Counted from the stretch's first letter, positions 19,274 to 29,809 are shown. The stretch: 64,000 nt of DNA from Acholeplasma sp. (GCA_012838635.1 DUOW01000011.1:4882-68881); one strand, 5' to 3'. Notes: generated by a model from the letters alone, not told the origin. Program-made: numbers and translations.

Positions 19274-19302
19274 AAAATCACCTCGTTAGTAATTATACCA
19301 TA

Positions 19303-19337
19303 AAAAGAAAAAGGAGTAAAAATTTTACTCCTTTTTT
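19303..19337 (-). terminator. Bidirectional intrinsic terminator (ppdK / upstream gene)
   Basis: Palindrome AAGGAGTAAAAATTTTACTCCTT flanked by an A-run and a T-run. Confidence 0.55.
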
Positions 19338-19349
19338 ATATCGTTTGCT

Positions 19350-21977
19350 TTATTTACCGTGTTTAATTGCAGCTTGAGCAGCAGCTAAAATTGCAATTGG
19401 TACACGATATGGTGAACAAGATACATAGTCTAAACCAGCTCTATGGAAGAAGTCTACAGATGAAGGATCTCCTCCGTGCTCTCCACAAATACCAATCTTA
19501 AGTTTCTTGTTTGCTTTTCTGCCTTTTTCTACTGTCATTTTAACTAATTGGCCAACACCTTCTTGGTCTAAACGAGCAAATGGGTCATTTAGATAAATTC
19601 TTTTAGCATAATAGTTCTTTAAGAAGTCGGCTCCATCATCACGACTAAAACCAAATGTCATTTGTGTTAAGTCGTTTGTACCAAAACTGAAGAAGTCAGC
19701 TTCAGCGCCAATAATATCAGATAATAAAGCTGCACGAGGAACTTCAATCATTGTTCCAATCTTGTATTCACCTTTCATCTTGTTTTCTTTTAAAACTTGA
19801 TCAGCAGTTTCTTTAATAATATCCTTGAGATATCTTAATTCTCTAATTTCGCCTACTAAAGGAATCATAATTTCTGGAACTGCTTTATAAGCAGGATTAC
19901 GTTTCTTTACAGCACAATATGCTTCTATAATAGCTCTTGTTTGCATAATTGGTAATTCCGGATAGGAAATAGCAAGACGGCATCCTCTATGTCCTAACAT
20001 TGGGTTAGCTTCTTCAAGTTCAGAAATTCTTAATTTCATCTTTTCTAAACTAACACCTAAGTCTTTTGCTAGAGCAACGATATCTTTTTCTTCTTTTGGT
20101 AAGAACTCATGTAGAGGTGGATCTAGAAGTCTAATTGTAACCGAATAGTCACCCATTGCTTCAAAAAGAGCTTCAAAATCTTGTTCTTGCATTGGTTGAA
20201 TTTTTGCTAAAGCTTTTTCTCTTTCTTTAGTAGTGTCTGCAATAATCATTTCTCTTATTGCTTTAATTCTTTCTTCCCCAAAGAACATATGTTCAGTTCT
20301 ACATAATCCAATACCAGTAGCTCCAAATTCACGAGCTTGTTTAGCATCTTTAGGTGTATCAGCATTAGCTCTAACGCCAAGACGTTTTCTTTCAGTTGCC
20401 CATTCCATGATTGTTGCAAAATCACCAGAAATAGTAGCTGGTTCAGTTGGAATTGCTTCATTATAAATTAAACCTGTAGAGCCATCTAAAGAAATAACAT
20501 CTCCTTCTTTAATTTTTACATCATTAATTAAAGCATAGTCTTTTTGGAATCTTAATTCATGGCAACCAGCAACACAGCATTTACCCATACCACGAGCAAC
20601 AACTGCTGCATGTGATGTCATACCACCTCTAGCAGTTAAGAATCCTTCAGAAATATCCATACCTTCAATATCTTCAGGTGATGTTTCAAGTCTAACTAAA
20701 ACAACTTTACGGCCTGCATTATGCGCTTCAATTGCTTTTTCAACTGTAAATGCTACTTCGCCAGTAGCTGCTCCTGGAGATGCAGGTAACCCTTGACCGA
20801 TTGGTTTTGCTTGTTTTAGTTCTTCTAAAACAAAGTGTGGGTGCAATAAGTCATCTAATTGAGCAGGTTGTAACAATAACAAAGCTTCATCTTTTGTAAT
20901 TAAGCCTTCATTATGCATATCGATTGCAATTTTAATTGCTGCTTGGGCAGTTCTTTTACCACTTCTTGTTTGAAGTAAATATAATTTATCTTCTTCAATC
21001 GTAAATTCAATATCTTGCATATCTTTATAGAATGTTTCAAGTTTTTTCATTGAACCGATTAATTGATTGTATAATTTTTCGCTATAGTCTTTTAAGTGAT
21101 CAATGTGTTCTGGAGTTCTAATACCAGCTACAACATCTTCTCCTTGAGCATTCATTAAATACTCTCCATAGCAATGGTCATCTCCAGTAGCAGGGTTACG
21201 AGAGAAAGCTACTCCCGTTCCAGATGAATCTCCCATATTACCAAATACCATTGATTGAACATTTACTGCAGTACCCCATTCGTGTGGAATATCATTCATT
21301 CGGCGATAATAAATTGCTCTTGGTGTATTCCATGATAAGAACACAGCATTAATTGCTCCAAATAATTGTTCTTCTGGATTTTCTGGAAAGTCTTTTCCAA
21401 CTGCTTCTTTGTAAATAGCTTTAAAGCGTTTAATCATTTTCTTAAAATCATCAACACTAAACTCAGTATCTAATTTAATACCTTTTGCTTCTTTCATTTC
21501 ATCAATGATTTTTTCAAATTCGCTTTTGCCTACACCCATAACTACATCTGAATACATTTGAACGAAACGACGATATGAATCATAAACAAATCGTGGATTG
21601 TTTGTTCTACGTGCTAAACCAGTAGCAACAATATCATTTAATCCTAAATTCAAAATCGTATCCATCATACCAGGCATTGAAACCCTAGCACCTGATCTTA
21701 CAGAAAGTAGTAATGGATTGTTTGGATCACCAAATTTTTTACCCGTTTGCTTTTCTAGTGTTTTTAGTGACTCTTTAACTTGTTCCATAATTTCTTTTGA
21801 TAGTTTTTGACCATGTTTATAAAAGTATAAACATGCTTCAGTAGTTACAATAAATCCTTCTGGAATAGGTAATCCTAATTTAGTCATCTGGCCTAAGTTC
21901 GCACCCTTACCTCCACAAAGGTTTCGCATTGTCGCATCTACTTCATTAAACATATACGTGTATTGTTGTTTTGACAT
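19350..21977 (-). CDS. ppdK: Pyruvate, phosphate dikinase
   Basis: 875 aa. N-terminal ATP-grasp region (NLCGGKGANLGQMTKLGLPIPEGF), the central phospho-His segment (GGMTSHAAVVARGMGKCCV) and a C-terminal PEP-utilising TIM barrel (CGEHGGDP). Confidence 0.95.
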   Translation of the reverse strand: MSKQQYTYMFNEVDATMRNLCGGKGANLGQMTKLGLPIPEGFIVTTEACLYFYKHGQKLSKEIMEQVKESLKTLEKQTGKKFGDPNNPLLLSVRSGARVSMPGMMDTILNLGLNDIVATGLARRTNNPRFVYDSYRRFVQMYSDVVMGVGKSEFEKIIDEMKEAKGIKLDTEFSVDDFKKMIKRFKAIYKEAVGKDFPENPEEQLFGAINAVFLSWNTPRAIYYRRMNDIPHEWGTAVNVQSMVFGNMGDSSGTGVAFSRNPATGDDHCYGEYLMNAQGEDVVAGIRTPEHIDHLKDYSEKLYNQLIGSMKKLETFYKDMQDIEFTIEEDKLYLLQTRSGKRTAQAAIKIAIDMHNEGLITKDEALLLLQPAQLDDLLHPHFVLEELKQAKPIGQGLPASPGAATGEVAFTVEKAIEAHNAGRKVVLVRLETSPEDIEGMDISEGFLTARGGMTSHAAVVARGMGKCCVAGCHELRFQKDYALINDVKIKEGDVISLDGSTGLIYNEAIPTEPATISGDFATIMEWATERKRLGVRANADTPKDAKQAREFGATGIGLCRTEHMFFGEERIKAIREMIIADTTKEREKALAKIQPMQEQDFEALFEAMGDYSVTIRLLDPPLHEFLPKEEKDIVALAKDLGVSLEKMKLRISELEEANPMLGHRGCRLAISYPELPIMQTRAIIEAYCAVKKRNPAYKAVPEIMIPLVGEIRELRYLKDIIKETADQVLKENKMKGEYKIGTMIEVPRAALLSDIIGAEADFFSFGTNDLTQMTFGFSRDDGADFLKNYYAKRIYLNDPFARLDQEGVGQLVKMTVEKGRKANKKLKIGICGEHGGDPSSVDFFHRAGLDYVSCSPYRVPIAILAAAQAAIKHGK

Positions 21978-22080
21978 ATGTTACCTCCTTCAACAACTAC
22001 TTTCTATCATTATAACACTAATTATAAGAAAATAAAAGCGTTTTTATTATTTTCTTTTTCAAAAATAAAAAAGCGATTGT

Positions 22081-22905
22081 TTAATCATCATCGCTTTTTT
22101 TACTCTCGTTATAAAAATCTAAAAAGTTAAATTTTTCGTCATTATATTCCCAACCTAAAACACAATCTAAATTTACATTTAATGTTGCTTTAAAAATGTG
22201 CTTTTCAATAATTGGATTGTCTTTTTTAAGTTTAGCAATTAACGCTTTAACTTCTGCTCTTTTGCTATCTAAATCGCGCGAAGCAATTCTACATCCACAC
22301 TGCATTGTCTCTATTTCTGCATATTTCATATAAGTAATGATATCTTTTTCTTTAATATAATACATTGGTCTAATAACTTCCATACCTTCAAAGTTCTTTG
22401 ATCTTAACTTTGGCATCATTGTTTTAAAACAACCAGCATAGAGAATATTAAGCATTGTTGTTTCAATAACATCATTCATATGGTGCCCTAAAGCTATTTT
22501 ATTACAACCTAAATCTTGAGCTGCTTTATATAAAAATCCTCTGCGCATTCTTGCACACAAGTAACAAGGATTTTCTTCTTGCTCAGTAATTGAAAAAATT
22601 TCTGATCCTTTAATATTTATTGGAATTCCTAATTTTTCCGCATTCTCTTTTAATAACTTTAAATTAGCCTCATTATAGCCAGGATCCATTACTAAAAAAA
22701 CTAAGTCGAATTCTTTTTTGCCATGTCGATGTAATTCTTGGAAAAGTTTTGCTAGAGTAAAACCATCTTTTCCCCCTGAAATACAAACAGCAATTTTATC
22801 ACCATCTTTAATCATATCAAAGTCATTAATAGCCTTAACAAATGGTACATATAGCTTAGTTCGATATCTTTTAATTAATGCTCTTTCAATTTCATATAGT
22901 TCCAT
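22081..22905 (-). CDS. PP-loop ATPase, tRNA 2-thiocytidine synthase TtcA-like
   Basis: PP-loop CISGGKDG. Cys motifs CYLCARMRRG and MQCGCR. About 274 aa, as in the TtcA/TtuA family. Confidence 0.65.
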   Translation of the reverse strand: MELYEIERALIKRYRTKLYVPFVKAINDFDMIKDGDKIAVCISGGKDGFTLAKLFQELHRHGKKEFDLVFLVMDPGYNEANLKLLKENAEKLGIPINIKGSEIFSITEQEENPCYLCARMRRGFLYKAAQDLGCNKIALGHHMNDVIETTMLNILYAGCFKTMMPKLRSKNFEGMEVIRPMYYIKEKDIITYMKYAEIETMQCGCRIASRDLDSKRAEVKALIAKLKKDNPIIEKHIFKATLNVNLDCVLGWEYNDEKFNFLDFYNESKKSDDD

Positions 22906-22944
22906 ATTTATTCTCCTATTAAATAAGGAATTGTTTCCAATTCC

Positions 22945-23913
22945 TTATTTATCTTCTTCATTTTTTTTAATTAAAAATGTTAAGCCAAAAGGTACAATAA
23001 CAGCACCACTTACTACTAGTGCAATTAAGCTTTGCCACCAAACATATTTTTTGAAAACAATGCCTTTATATTGTTTGCTTATCATAGCATCAAAAGAACT
23101 ACTCATACCGTCTTCAAAGTCTTCCATATTTCTTGTACTTGCATCAGTATTAATTGGTAAATTAATAGTTTTAAATGCTATTTCTGGTGTATTTGAATCT
23201 GTAATGATAATTTTTGCATTAATATCTATTGTTAGTGTTTCTGCTTGAGCAAATCTTAAAGCAGCACGAAATTCACAAGTTTGAACTTGTTTTGTCCTTA
23301 AATCTGAATCCATATCTGTAATTACACCAGCTACATCAGTAAACTTATATTGCCTTTCTTCATCTTTTACTTCATCGGTATTATGATTATAAAAAGGTGC
23401 TGTGAATTTTACACTTAATTCAATATCTTCAATATCTTCAATTACGTCCGGATCAACCATAAATTCTGCTTTAATCTTGCCATACTGAACATCATATAGA
23501 TAGATTTGTGGTGAAACGATATCATAATATTCTTTTTCATCTTCAACTCTTTTCCAAATGCCATCATATACGACCATGTTAAATAATTTTTCACCTTTGT
23601 CATTATAAACAGTTTCTTCATAGATTGGGTCTGGATTGTATTTTTGACTCCTATATTCAACATACTTTTGAATTCTTTCGCGTGGAAAACCAGCGCCTTT
23701 CATTAACTCAATAAAGGCATTTGCTCTTAAGTCACTCATGATTTTATCAGTAACACTTGTTTCGGCGTGCTTTGAATTTGGATTATATCTTTTGTTTAAA
23801 CCATAGTCAGCTACAAATGCTGCTATAGCTAAAGGTATAGCAATTGTAAATAAAATTATAATGAAGTTTATGATTCTTCTTTTTGTTTTAAAACTTAATT
23901 TCTTTTGACTCAT
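22945..23913 (-). CDS. Hypothetical membrane-anchored protein (N- and C-terminal TM helices)
   Basis: 322-aa ORF with hydrophobic segments at both ends. No recognisable motifs. Confidence 0.5.
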   Translation of the reverse strand: MSQKKLSFKTKRRIINFIIILFTIAIPLAIAAFVADYGLNKRYNPNSKHAETSVTDKIMSDLRANAFIELMKGAGFPRERIQKYVEYRSQKYNPDPIYEETVYNDKGEKLFNMVVYDGIWKRVEDEKEYYDIVSPQIYLYDVQYGKIKAEFMVDPDVIEDIEDIELSVKFTAPFYNHNTDEVKDEERQYKFTDVAGVITDMDSDLRTKQVQTCEFRAALRFAQAETLTIDINAKIIITDSNTPEIAFKTINLPINTDASTRNMEDFEDGMSSSFDAMISKQYKGIVFKKYVWWQSLIALVVSGAVIVPFGLTFLIKKNEEDK

Positions 23914-24028
23914 CTTGATTCCTCTTTTCGTTTTTATATTATAGCAATTAATTTAGTTTTTTTCAAGGTTTATTATTAAATTGACTTTAAAATAAAGATA
24001 GGTTAAAATAATATGTGGAGGAGTTGAT

Positions 24029-24940
24029 ATGCGTAATTTTGAATTAGATATTTCTCGCTTTTTTAGAAGCATAAGCACAGAGACCTTAGATAAAATTGTT
24101 CAAATCCTAACATTTATGGGGTCACAAATTGTAATTATTGTTATTGTAGCTATTATTTATTTCGTTTTAGATAAAAAGGCAGGCGAAAAAATTATTTATA
24201 TAACTTTAACTTCGTATGGAGTAAACAATGCATTGAAAGGTTTATTTGCGATTAAAAGACCATTCCAAGTAGATCCAGATATTGAAGCTGCTGGAGTCAG
24301 TGATGCAACAGGCTATTCTTTCCCAAGTGGGCACTCACAAGGAGCTGCTTCTGTTTATTTCTCAATCGCAAATCATTTTAAAAAAAGATGGTTATGGATT
24401 ATTTCAATTGTAATTATTACTATTATTGGGTTTACAAGAATTTGGCTGGGCGTTCACTTCTTATCTGATGTTGTTGTAGGAATTAGTTTGGGAATTGGTA
24501 TCTCACTACTTTGTGGTTCTTTATACGATACTTTCGAACATTCATTTAAATCAAAAATCATTTTACTAGCAACTACTTTAATAATTTTTGCCCCATTCTT
24601 GTTTATCTTTTATCGTCCTAATGTTGACGATATGTTAGTTTATCGAGATTTCTATATCTCATATGCTGCTTATTTAGGATTCTTTGGTGCTGTTATTATT
24701 GAAAACAAACTTGTAAAGTTTACTGATCTAACAACTTTAGGAATGAAAATTTTAAGAGCCGCTATTGGTATTGCTATTATGGTTGGGGTTTATCTAGGTT
24801 TAAAATTTGCTTTTCCTGACGGATATATGATTTTAGATATGCTTAGATACTTTTTAGTTATCTTTATTGGTTTAGGCATCTATCCTCTTATCTTTAAAAA
24901 CACTCCTTTATTTAAATACATTTATAAAGAAGTAGAATAA
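24029..24940 (+). CDS. PAP2-family phosphatase (undecaprenyl-diphosphatase/BcrC-like)
   Basis: PAP2 motifs KRPF...PSGHSQGAAS...SRIWLGVHFLSDV. Multi-TM. Confidence 0.75.
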   Translation: MRNFELDISRFFRSISTETLDKIVQILTFMGSQIVIIVIVAIIYFVLDKKAGEKIIYITLTSYGVNNALKGLFAIKRPFQVDPDIEAAGVSDATGYSFPSGHSQGAASVYFSIANHFKKRWLWIISIVIITIIGFTRIWLGVHFLSDVVVGISLGIGISLLCGSLYDTFEHSFKSKIILLATTLIIFAPFLFIFYRPNVDDMLVYRDFYISYAAYLGFFGAVIIENKLVKFTDLTTLGMKILRAAIGIAIMVGVYLGLKFAFPDGYMILDMLRYFLVIFIGLGIYPLIFKNTPLFKYIYKEVE

Positions 24941-24949
24941 AACAAAATA

Positions 24950-24985
24950 AAAAACCGAAGCATCTAGCTTCGGTCTTTTTTTTAT
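24950..24985. terminator. Bidirectional intrinsic terminator
   Basis: Hairpin CCGAAGC-ATCTA-GCTTCGG flanked by an A-run upstream and a T-run downstream, between convergent genes. Confidence 0.6.
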
Positions 24986-24992
24986 TATTTAA

Positions 24993-25595
24993 TCATTCTA
25001 GATTAATAACTTCTTTTTCTTTCTCTTCTTTTTCTTTAGCTTTTGCTTCTTCGTTCTTTTGCTTTAAGTTAGCAACTTTGTCAGCAAAGAACTCTCCTTT
25101 ACTATCACCTGCAAGAACGATAATTCCTTGACCGGCATAAGATAGAATTAAACCAACAGCTACAAACACTAATGAAGCTGGGGCGTCGTTAACAAGAAAG
25201 AAAATAAATAAAGCTAAACCTACAGCAGCTAAAGCAAATACAGCAATAGCTGTTAGAATTTTTCCTTTTACTTTAATGCCATAATAGACAATTCCTGCTA
25301 CAGCTACAAGTAATGATAAAAAGAAAAATAAATAAATTACGTTGTTTACATCCATATATGCATGAGCAAATAAAGAAAGTGAAACAAAAGAAACAATAAA
25401 ATATAAAAACTTTTCTGTTGCTACTGCTAATACTAAGCCAAAGATTGCTCCTAATACAGCTATAAGCCCTAAAATTCCTCCAGGTATTCCGCCACCAAAA
25501 ATTGCGGAAATAACTGCTACTATTAATCCTGACACTAAAATTGCTCCACCTATAATGCTAAGTAGATTCTTTTTTAAAACTGCTTCTGTTTTCAT
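24993..25595 (-). CDS. Hypothetical polytopic membrane protein with charged KE-rich C-terminal tail
   Basis: 200 aa. Six hydrophobic segments. C-terminus KQKNEEAKAKEKEEKEKE. Confidence 0.5.
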   Translation of the reverse strand: MKTEAVLKKNLLSIIGGAILVSGLIVAVISAIFGGGIPGGILGLIAVLGAIFGLVLAVATEKFLYFIVSFVSLSLFAHAYMDVNNVIYLFFFLSLLVAVAGIVYYGIKVKGKILTAIAVFALAAVGLALFIFFLVNDAPASLVFVAVGLILSYAGQGIIVLAGDSKGEFFADKVANLKQKNEEAKAKEKEEKEKEVINLE

Positions 25596-25616
25596 ATACC
25601 CTCCTCTACATCTTGT

Positions 25617-26969
25617 TTATTTACCTAAACAAAACTGCAAAAACATTTCATCAAGTAGCTCTTCACTACTAACTTCTCCTAAAATTTCTCCTAGGCTTTG
25701 CCATGCGCTACGCAAGTCGGTACTTGCTAGGTCAATTGGCATTCCTGATTCTAAAGAACTTAAAGCATCTTTTAATGACTGCAAAGCTTTTTTTAACTTT
25801 GTAATTGCTCTTACTGACGTTACATACTTAATTTCGCTATCATCAATTTGCTTAATGTTACATACTTCTTTTACTGCTTTTTCTAGTCTTTCGATATCTT
25901 TTTCATCAAAAGCGCTAATAATTATATAATTATCAAATAAACTTAGATCTATTTTTTGCGGTAGATCTTTTTTATTAATAACCGTTAGAACATGTTTATC
26001 TTTGGTTAGTTTAATTATTTCTAAATCATTATGATCTAGTTTAGAAGAATAATCAAATACCAAAATAATTAACTCAGCCTTCTCTAAAACTTCTTGAGTT
26101 TTTAAAACTCCAATTTGTTCAATAATATCATCGGTTTTTCTAACTCCTGCGGTATCAATTAAATTTAAGGTTAGTCCGCCGATATTAACACTACCTTCAA
26201 CAACATCTCTAGTAGTCCCAGCTATATCAGTTACAATTGCTTTATTCTCTCTTAATAAAGCATTTAGAATACTACTTTTACCAACATTAGGTTTTCCAAT
26301 AATAGCAGTAGTAATACCTTCTTTAATTTTAATTGAGTTTTCACTTTTCTCAATAATTGTTTCAATTTCTTGAATGTTTTCTTTTATATTAGGAATTAAA
26401 TATTCTTCAGTAATTTGTTCTTCGTCTTCATATTCTGGATAATCAATATTAACTTCAATTTTCAAAATTATTTCTAAGATTTTAGATCTAAACTCTTGAA
26501 TAATTCTTTTGATATCACCTCTTAAACCATAATTAGACATTTTTAATGTTTCTTTGTTTTTAGCATCAATAACGTCCATGACAGCTTCAGCTTGAGTTAA
26601 ATCAATTCTTCCATTTAAGAATGCTCTTTTTGTAAATTCGCCCGGTTCAGCAAGTCTTGCCCCCTTAACAATACAAAGTTCTAAAACTTTGTTTGTGACA
26701 AAAACACCGCCATGACAATTAATTTCCACAACATCTTCTTTGGTGTATGTCCTGGGCGACTTAAAAACACTAACTAAAACTTCATCTAACATTTGATCGC
26801 CATCATAGATAAATCCGTAATGAATAGTATGGCTACTAACTTTAGTTAAGTCTTTACCGCGAAAGATTTTATTTACAATATCGATTGCGCCTTTCCCACT
26901 TAACCTCACAATAGAAATTGCACTTCTTGTATTGGCTGTAGAAATTGCACAAATAACATCATCATACAT
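25617..26969 (-). CDS. mnmE: tRNA modification GTPase MnmE
   Basis: G-domain GKPNVGKSSILNAL, DTAGVR, and a C-terminus ending FCLGK (MnmE FCIGK motif). The start was trimmed to the ATG at 26969, which has an AGGGG RBS. The ORF-track start 26999 lies upstream in the same frame. Confidence 0.9.
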   Translation of the reverse strand: MYDDVICAISTANTRSAISIVRLSGKGAIDIVNKIFRGKDLTKVSSHTIHYGFIYDGDQMLDEVLVSVFKSPRTYTKEDVVEINCHGGVFVTNKVLELCIVKGARLAEPGEFTKRAFLNGRIDLTQAEAVMDVIDAKNKETLKMSNYGLRGDIKRIIQEFRSKILEIILKIEVNIDYPEYEDEEQITEEYLIPNIKENIQEIETIIEKSENSIKIKEGITTAIIGKPNVGKSSILNALLRENKAIVTDIAGTTRDVVEGSVNIGGLTLNLIDTAGVRKTDDIIEQIGVLKTQEVLEKAELIILVFDYSSKLDHNDLEIIKLTKDKHVLTVINKKDLPQKIDLSLFDNYIIISAFDEKDIERLEKAVKEVCNIKQIDDSEIKYVTSVRAITKLKKALQSLKDALSSLESGMPIDLASTDLRSAWQSLGEILGEVSSEELLDEMFLQFCLGK

Positions 26970-27091
26970 ACGCATTCCCCTATTATAATAATTATACAAT
27001 ACCTTATTTTTATTTTCAAGTTTTTTCGTTTTTTGCTTTATTATTATCGTTTTATATGTTATAATTAAGATATAGATAACAAGGAGGTTAT

Positions 27092-27784
27092 ATGGAAAAA
27101 TTTTTACAAGAAAAGTACGAAGCTTTTAAAAAGCTTGCTGCTGAACGCTTTTCATACGATAAGATTGATTTAGAGTTTATTGTAGATTTGGTTTACAATT
27201 CACTTACTTTTGAAAGAAGAGTAGTTACTAGAGAAGATATCAAAAATATTTTGTCAGGTAAACACGAAAACTATGATGAAAATTTGGTAACTACTGCTGA
27301 AAATCATCGAAAAGCATTTTTGTTTATGGCGGATTTAGCTAAAAGAGGTGAACCACTTACAGAATCAAAATTAAAAGATTGCCATTCTATTTTAATGGAT
27401 GAGCACGGGGGAATGTATAGAACTTTTAATATTTCGATTCAAGGATCACAACATACTCCACCACCACACTACAAAATTTATGCTCGTATTGATGAATATT
27501 TTGAAGTTTTAAGAGGAGACGATCTTCCTATCAATAAAATTGCTTATAGTCACTTACAACTTGCAAAAATCCATCCCTTTTTAGATGGTAACGGAAGACT
27601 TGCTCGTCTAGTATTAAACTACTATATGTTGGTTTCTGGACTTGCTCCTATCATTATTCCTTCTGCAGATAAAGAAAAATATTTTCAATGCTTAGAAGAC
27701 TATAAAGTAAAAAAGACTACCCTTACTTTTATAAATTATTTAATTCAATTAGAAGAAGTTTCATTTGAAAAATACTTTAAATAA
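27092..27784 (+). CDS. Fic family protein (AMPylase), putative class II with N-terminal inhibitory motif
   Basis: Fic motif HPFLDGNGRLARL. An upstream SGKHEN segment fits the (S/T)xxxE(G/N) inhibitory-helix motif. 230 aa. No adjacent antitoxin ORF. Confidence 0.8.
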   Translation: MEKFLQEKYEAFKKLAAERFSYDKIDLEFIVDLVYNSLTFERRVVTREDIKNILSGKHENYDENLVTTAENHRKAFLFMADLAKRGEPLTESKLKDCHSILMDEHGGMYRTFNISIQGSQHTPPPHYKIYARIDEYFEVLRGDDLPINKIAYSHLQLAKIHPFLDGNGRLARLVLNYYMLVSGLAPIIIPSADKEKYFQCLEDYKVKKTTLTFINYLIQLEEVSFEKYFK

Positions 27785-27788
27785 ATAA

Positions 27789-27815
27789 AAACCACGAAAT
27801 TATTCGTGGTTTTTT
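27789..27815. terminator. Bidirectional intrinsic terminator (fic / jag)
   Basis: Hairpin AACCACGAA-ATTA-TTCGTGGTT plus a T-run. Confidence 0.6.
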
Positions 27816-27823
27816 TATTTTAA

Positions 27824-28438
27824 TCATTCGTGCGTAGGTTCAATAATTAAATGTCTATCTTTGCCTTCACCTTCAGAATGTGTTGTAACTCCTTTTAGGC
27901 TGGCTACTTTATCGTGAATGATTTTTCTTTCATATGAGTTTAGATTACTTAAAGCTATTGGTCTTTTTGTTTCTTTAACTCGTCTTGCATGTTGACTAGC
28001 TAAGCTTTCTAAATAATCAATTCTTTTTTGTTTATATTCTGCTACATCTACAATTACATTTAAATCTGTAGATTTAGTAACATTATAAATAGCTGTCGAT
28101 ACTAAAGCTTGTAAAGCAATTAGATATCTAGATCTTCTACCAATTAGATATCCATTATCTTCACCGGCATTGATATTGTAATAAATAAGATTATCTCTTA
28201 TTTTCTTTTCTACAATACCTTTAATATTGTTTGCTTTTAATATTTCTTTTAAATATTCTTCGCCTACTTTTACAGGGTCTTTTTTAACACTAACTTCAAC
28301 TAAAAGTTTAGTTTTAAAAAGTCCCTTTTTTTCTAATACTTCGATATCTACTTGGTCAGGCTCTAAACCCATATCTTCTTTAATTAGTTCATAAACTTCA
28401 TCTAAAGTTTTAACTTCATATGTTTTCTTTTCCATCAT
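27824..28438 (-). CDS. jag: Jag/KhpB RNA-binding protein (KH + R3H)
   Basis: Conserved position downstream of yidC. C-terminal R3H-like segment (YERKIIHDKVASLKGVTTHSEGEG). Confidence 0.8.
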   Translation of the reverse strand: MMEKKTYEVKTLDEVYELIKEDMGLEPDQVDIEVLEKKGLFKTKLLVEVSVKKDPVKVGEEYLKEILKANNIKGIVEKKIRDNLIYYNINAGEDNGYLIGRRSRYLIALQALVSTAIYNVTKSTDLNVIVDVAEYKQKRIDYLESLASQHARRVKETKRPIALSNLNSYERKIIHDKVASLKGVTTHSEGEGKDRHLIIEPTHE

Positions 28439-29401
28439 TTACTCCTTGTTGTATTTTGCTCTTAATTTCGCTAGTCGTTTTTCTGTTAACATAAAACTGA
28501 TTTGTGCTTGGATCATTGTATAAAGATTACCAACTAACCAATATAAACCTAAACCCGCTGGGTTTCCTAAAACAAACACAACCATCATAACTGACATTGC
28601 AAAAGCAAAAACGTTCATCATGATATTTTGTGATTTGTTTTGTTGCGTTTGTTGTGGTTTACGATATTCAGGAATATCTGAATATACTTGTTTCTTTTGC
28701 CATTTTTGTCTTAAGATTGTAAGTATTTGCGATAATACTTGAAGTACTCCAACAGCGATTGCTAGAATCCAAATTTTAGTTGCTTGTTCTGGCATATCTG
28801 TCTTATTCATAAATAAGTTTAATCCTAAGAAATTTTGGTTCATAAAGGCAAAGTTCATTTTTAAAGTTGTATCTAATGTATCTGGAATTCTTCTTAACGC
28901 TTGGAAGAATCCTAAGAATAGTGGCATTTGTAAGAAAGGTAATAAACATCCTCCAATGCCAATACCATACTTTTTGTATAGTTGCATCATTTCCATTTGT
29001 TTTCTTTGTTGTGACTCTTGATCATCTTTACCCGCGTATTTTGCTTCTAGTTTTTCCATTTCTGGTGCCATTAGTTGTGTTTTTAATGACATATCGTTTG
29101 TTTTTGTATAGATTGGCCAAGCTGCGGTTCTTACTAAAATTGTTGTAATAATAATTGTAAGACCATAGTTTCCACCTACTGCTTTACCAACAACCCACAT
29201 AAGAGCGGCCATTGGCCAAACAAACAAGTCCCAAAAACTTTTAAACCCAACAATTGGATTTGGTTCAACTGTGCCATCTCCACTACTTTGACCTGCACAA
29301 CCACAACCAACTAAAAATAATGCCACAAACAAAACTAAAACAGTAACCCCTATCATCTTAATTGTTTTATTATTTAAGATTTTGTTCATTAATAGTTTCA
29401 T
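28439..29401 (-). CDS. yidC: Membrane protein insertase YidC/OxaA (lipoprotein type)
   Basis: Gram-positive-type lipobox LVGCGC followed by a 5-TM YidC core. Synteny rnpA-yidC-jag. Confidence 0.85.
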   Translation of the reverse strand: MKLLMNKILNNKTIKMIGVTVLVLFVALFLVGCGCAGQSSGDGTVEPNPIVGFKSFWDLFVWPMAALMWVVGKAVGGNYGLTIIITTILVRTAAWPIYTKTNDMSLKTQLMAPEMEKLEAKYAGKDDQESQQRKQMEMMQLYKKYGIGIGGCLLPFLQMPLFLGFFQALRRIPDTLDTTLKMNFAFMNQNFLGLNLFMNKTDMPEQATKIWILAIAVGVLQVLSQILTILRQKWQKKQVYSDIPEYRKPQQTQQNKSQNIMMNVFAFAMSVMMVVFVLGNPAGLGLYWLVGNLYTMIQAQISFMLTEKRLAKLRAKYNKE

Positions 29402-29741
29402 TAATAGTCTCCTTTTGTTTTTTCATTTTTTTAATTAAATAATTAATGTTCTCTTCTTTTTCCGTATAACTTAACTCTGTGCTTTTATCTTTAACAACAA
29501 TTAACATCTTATAATGCTCAATCGTTTCTAAAAGCGGCCTAATAATTTCTCGAATAACTCTTTTTTCATAATTTCTTTCAACTGCGTTGCCTACTTTTCG
29601 TGAAACAGACAAAGCTATAAGAGGGTCTTTTCTTTCCATATAATCATAGTAGATTACATAGTTTCGATTACCCACAGATTGTTTCTTCTGGAGTAATTCT
29701 TTAATATCATAATTTTTCTTTAAGCTATATTTACGATTCAT
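29370..29741 (-). CDS. rnpA: Ribonuclease P protein component
   Basis: 123 aa, basic. Immediately downstream of rpmH. RnpA-like core (RNRIKRRLRE-type region represented by NYEKRVIREIIRP). Confidence 0.85.
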   Translation of the reverse strand: MNRKYSLKKNYDIKELLQKKQSVGNRNYVIYYDYMERKDPLIALSVSRKVGNAVERNYEKRVIREIIRPLLETIEHYKMLIVVKDKSTELSYTEKEENINYLIKKMKKQKETINETINEQNLK

Positions 29742-29809
29742 TTTACACCTCTATCATTAAATAAAAAGACCACTCACATAAAAATGACAAAAGTGGTCCT
29801 AGAGTTTAT

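Noticed and set aside
29767-29799. Hairpin GACCACT...AGTGGTC between rpmH and rnpA
   Set aside because: It has a 7-bp stem with a 17-nt loop and no U-tract on the transcribed strand. It is probably a minor mRNA structure rather than a terminator or ncRNA.
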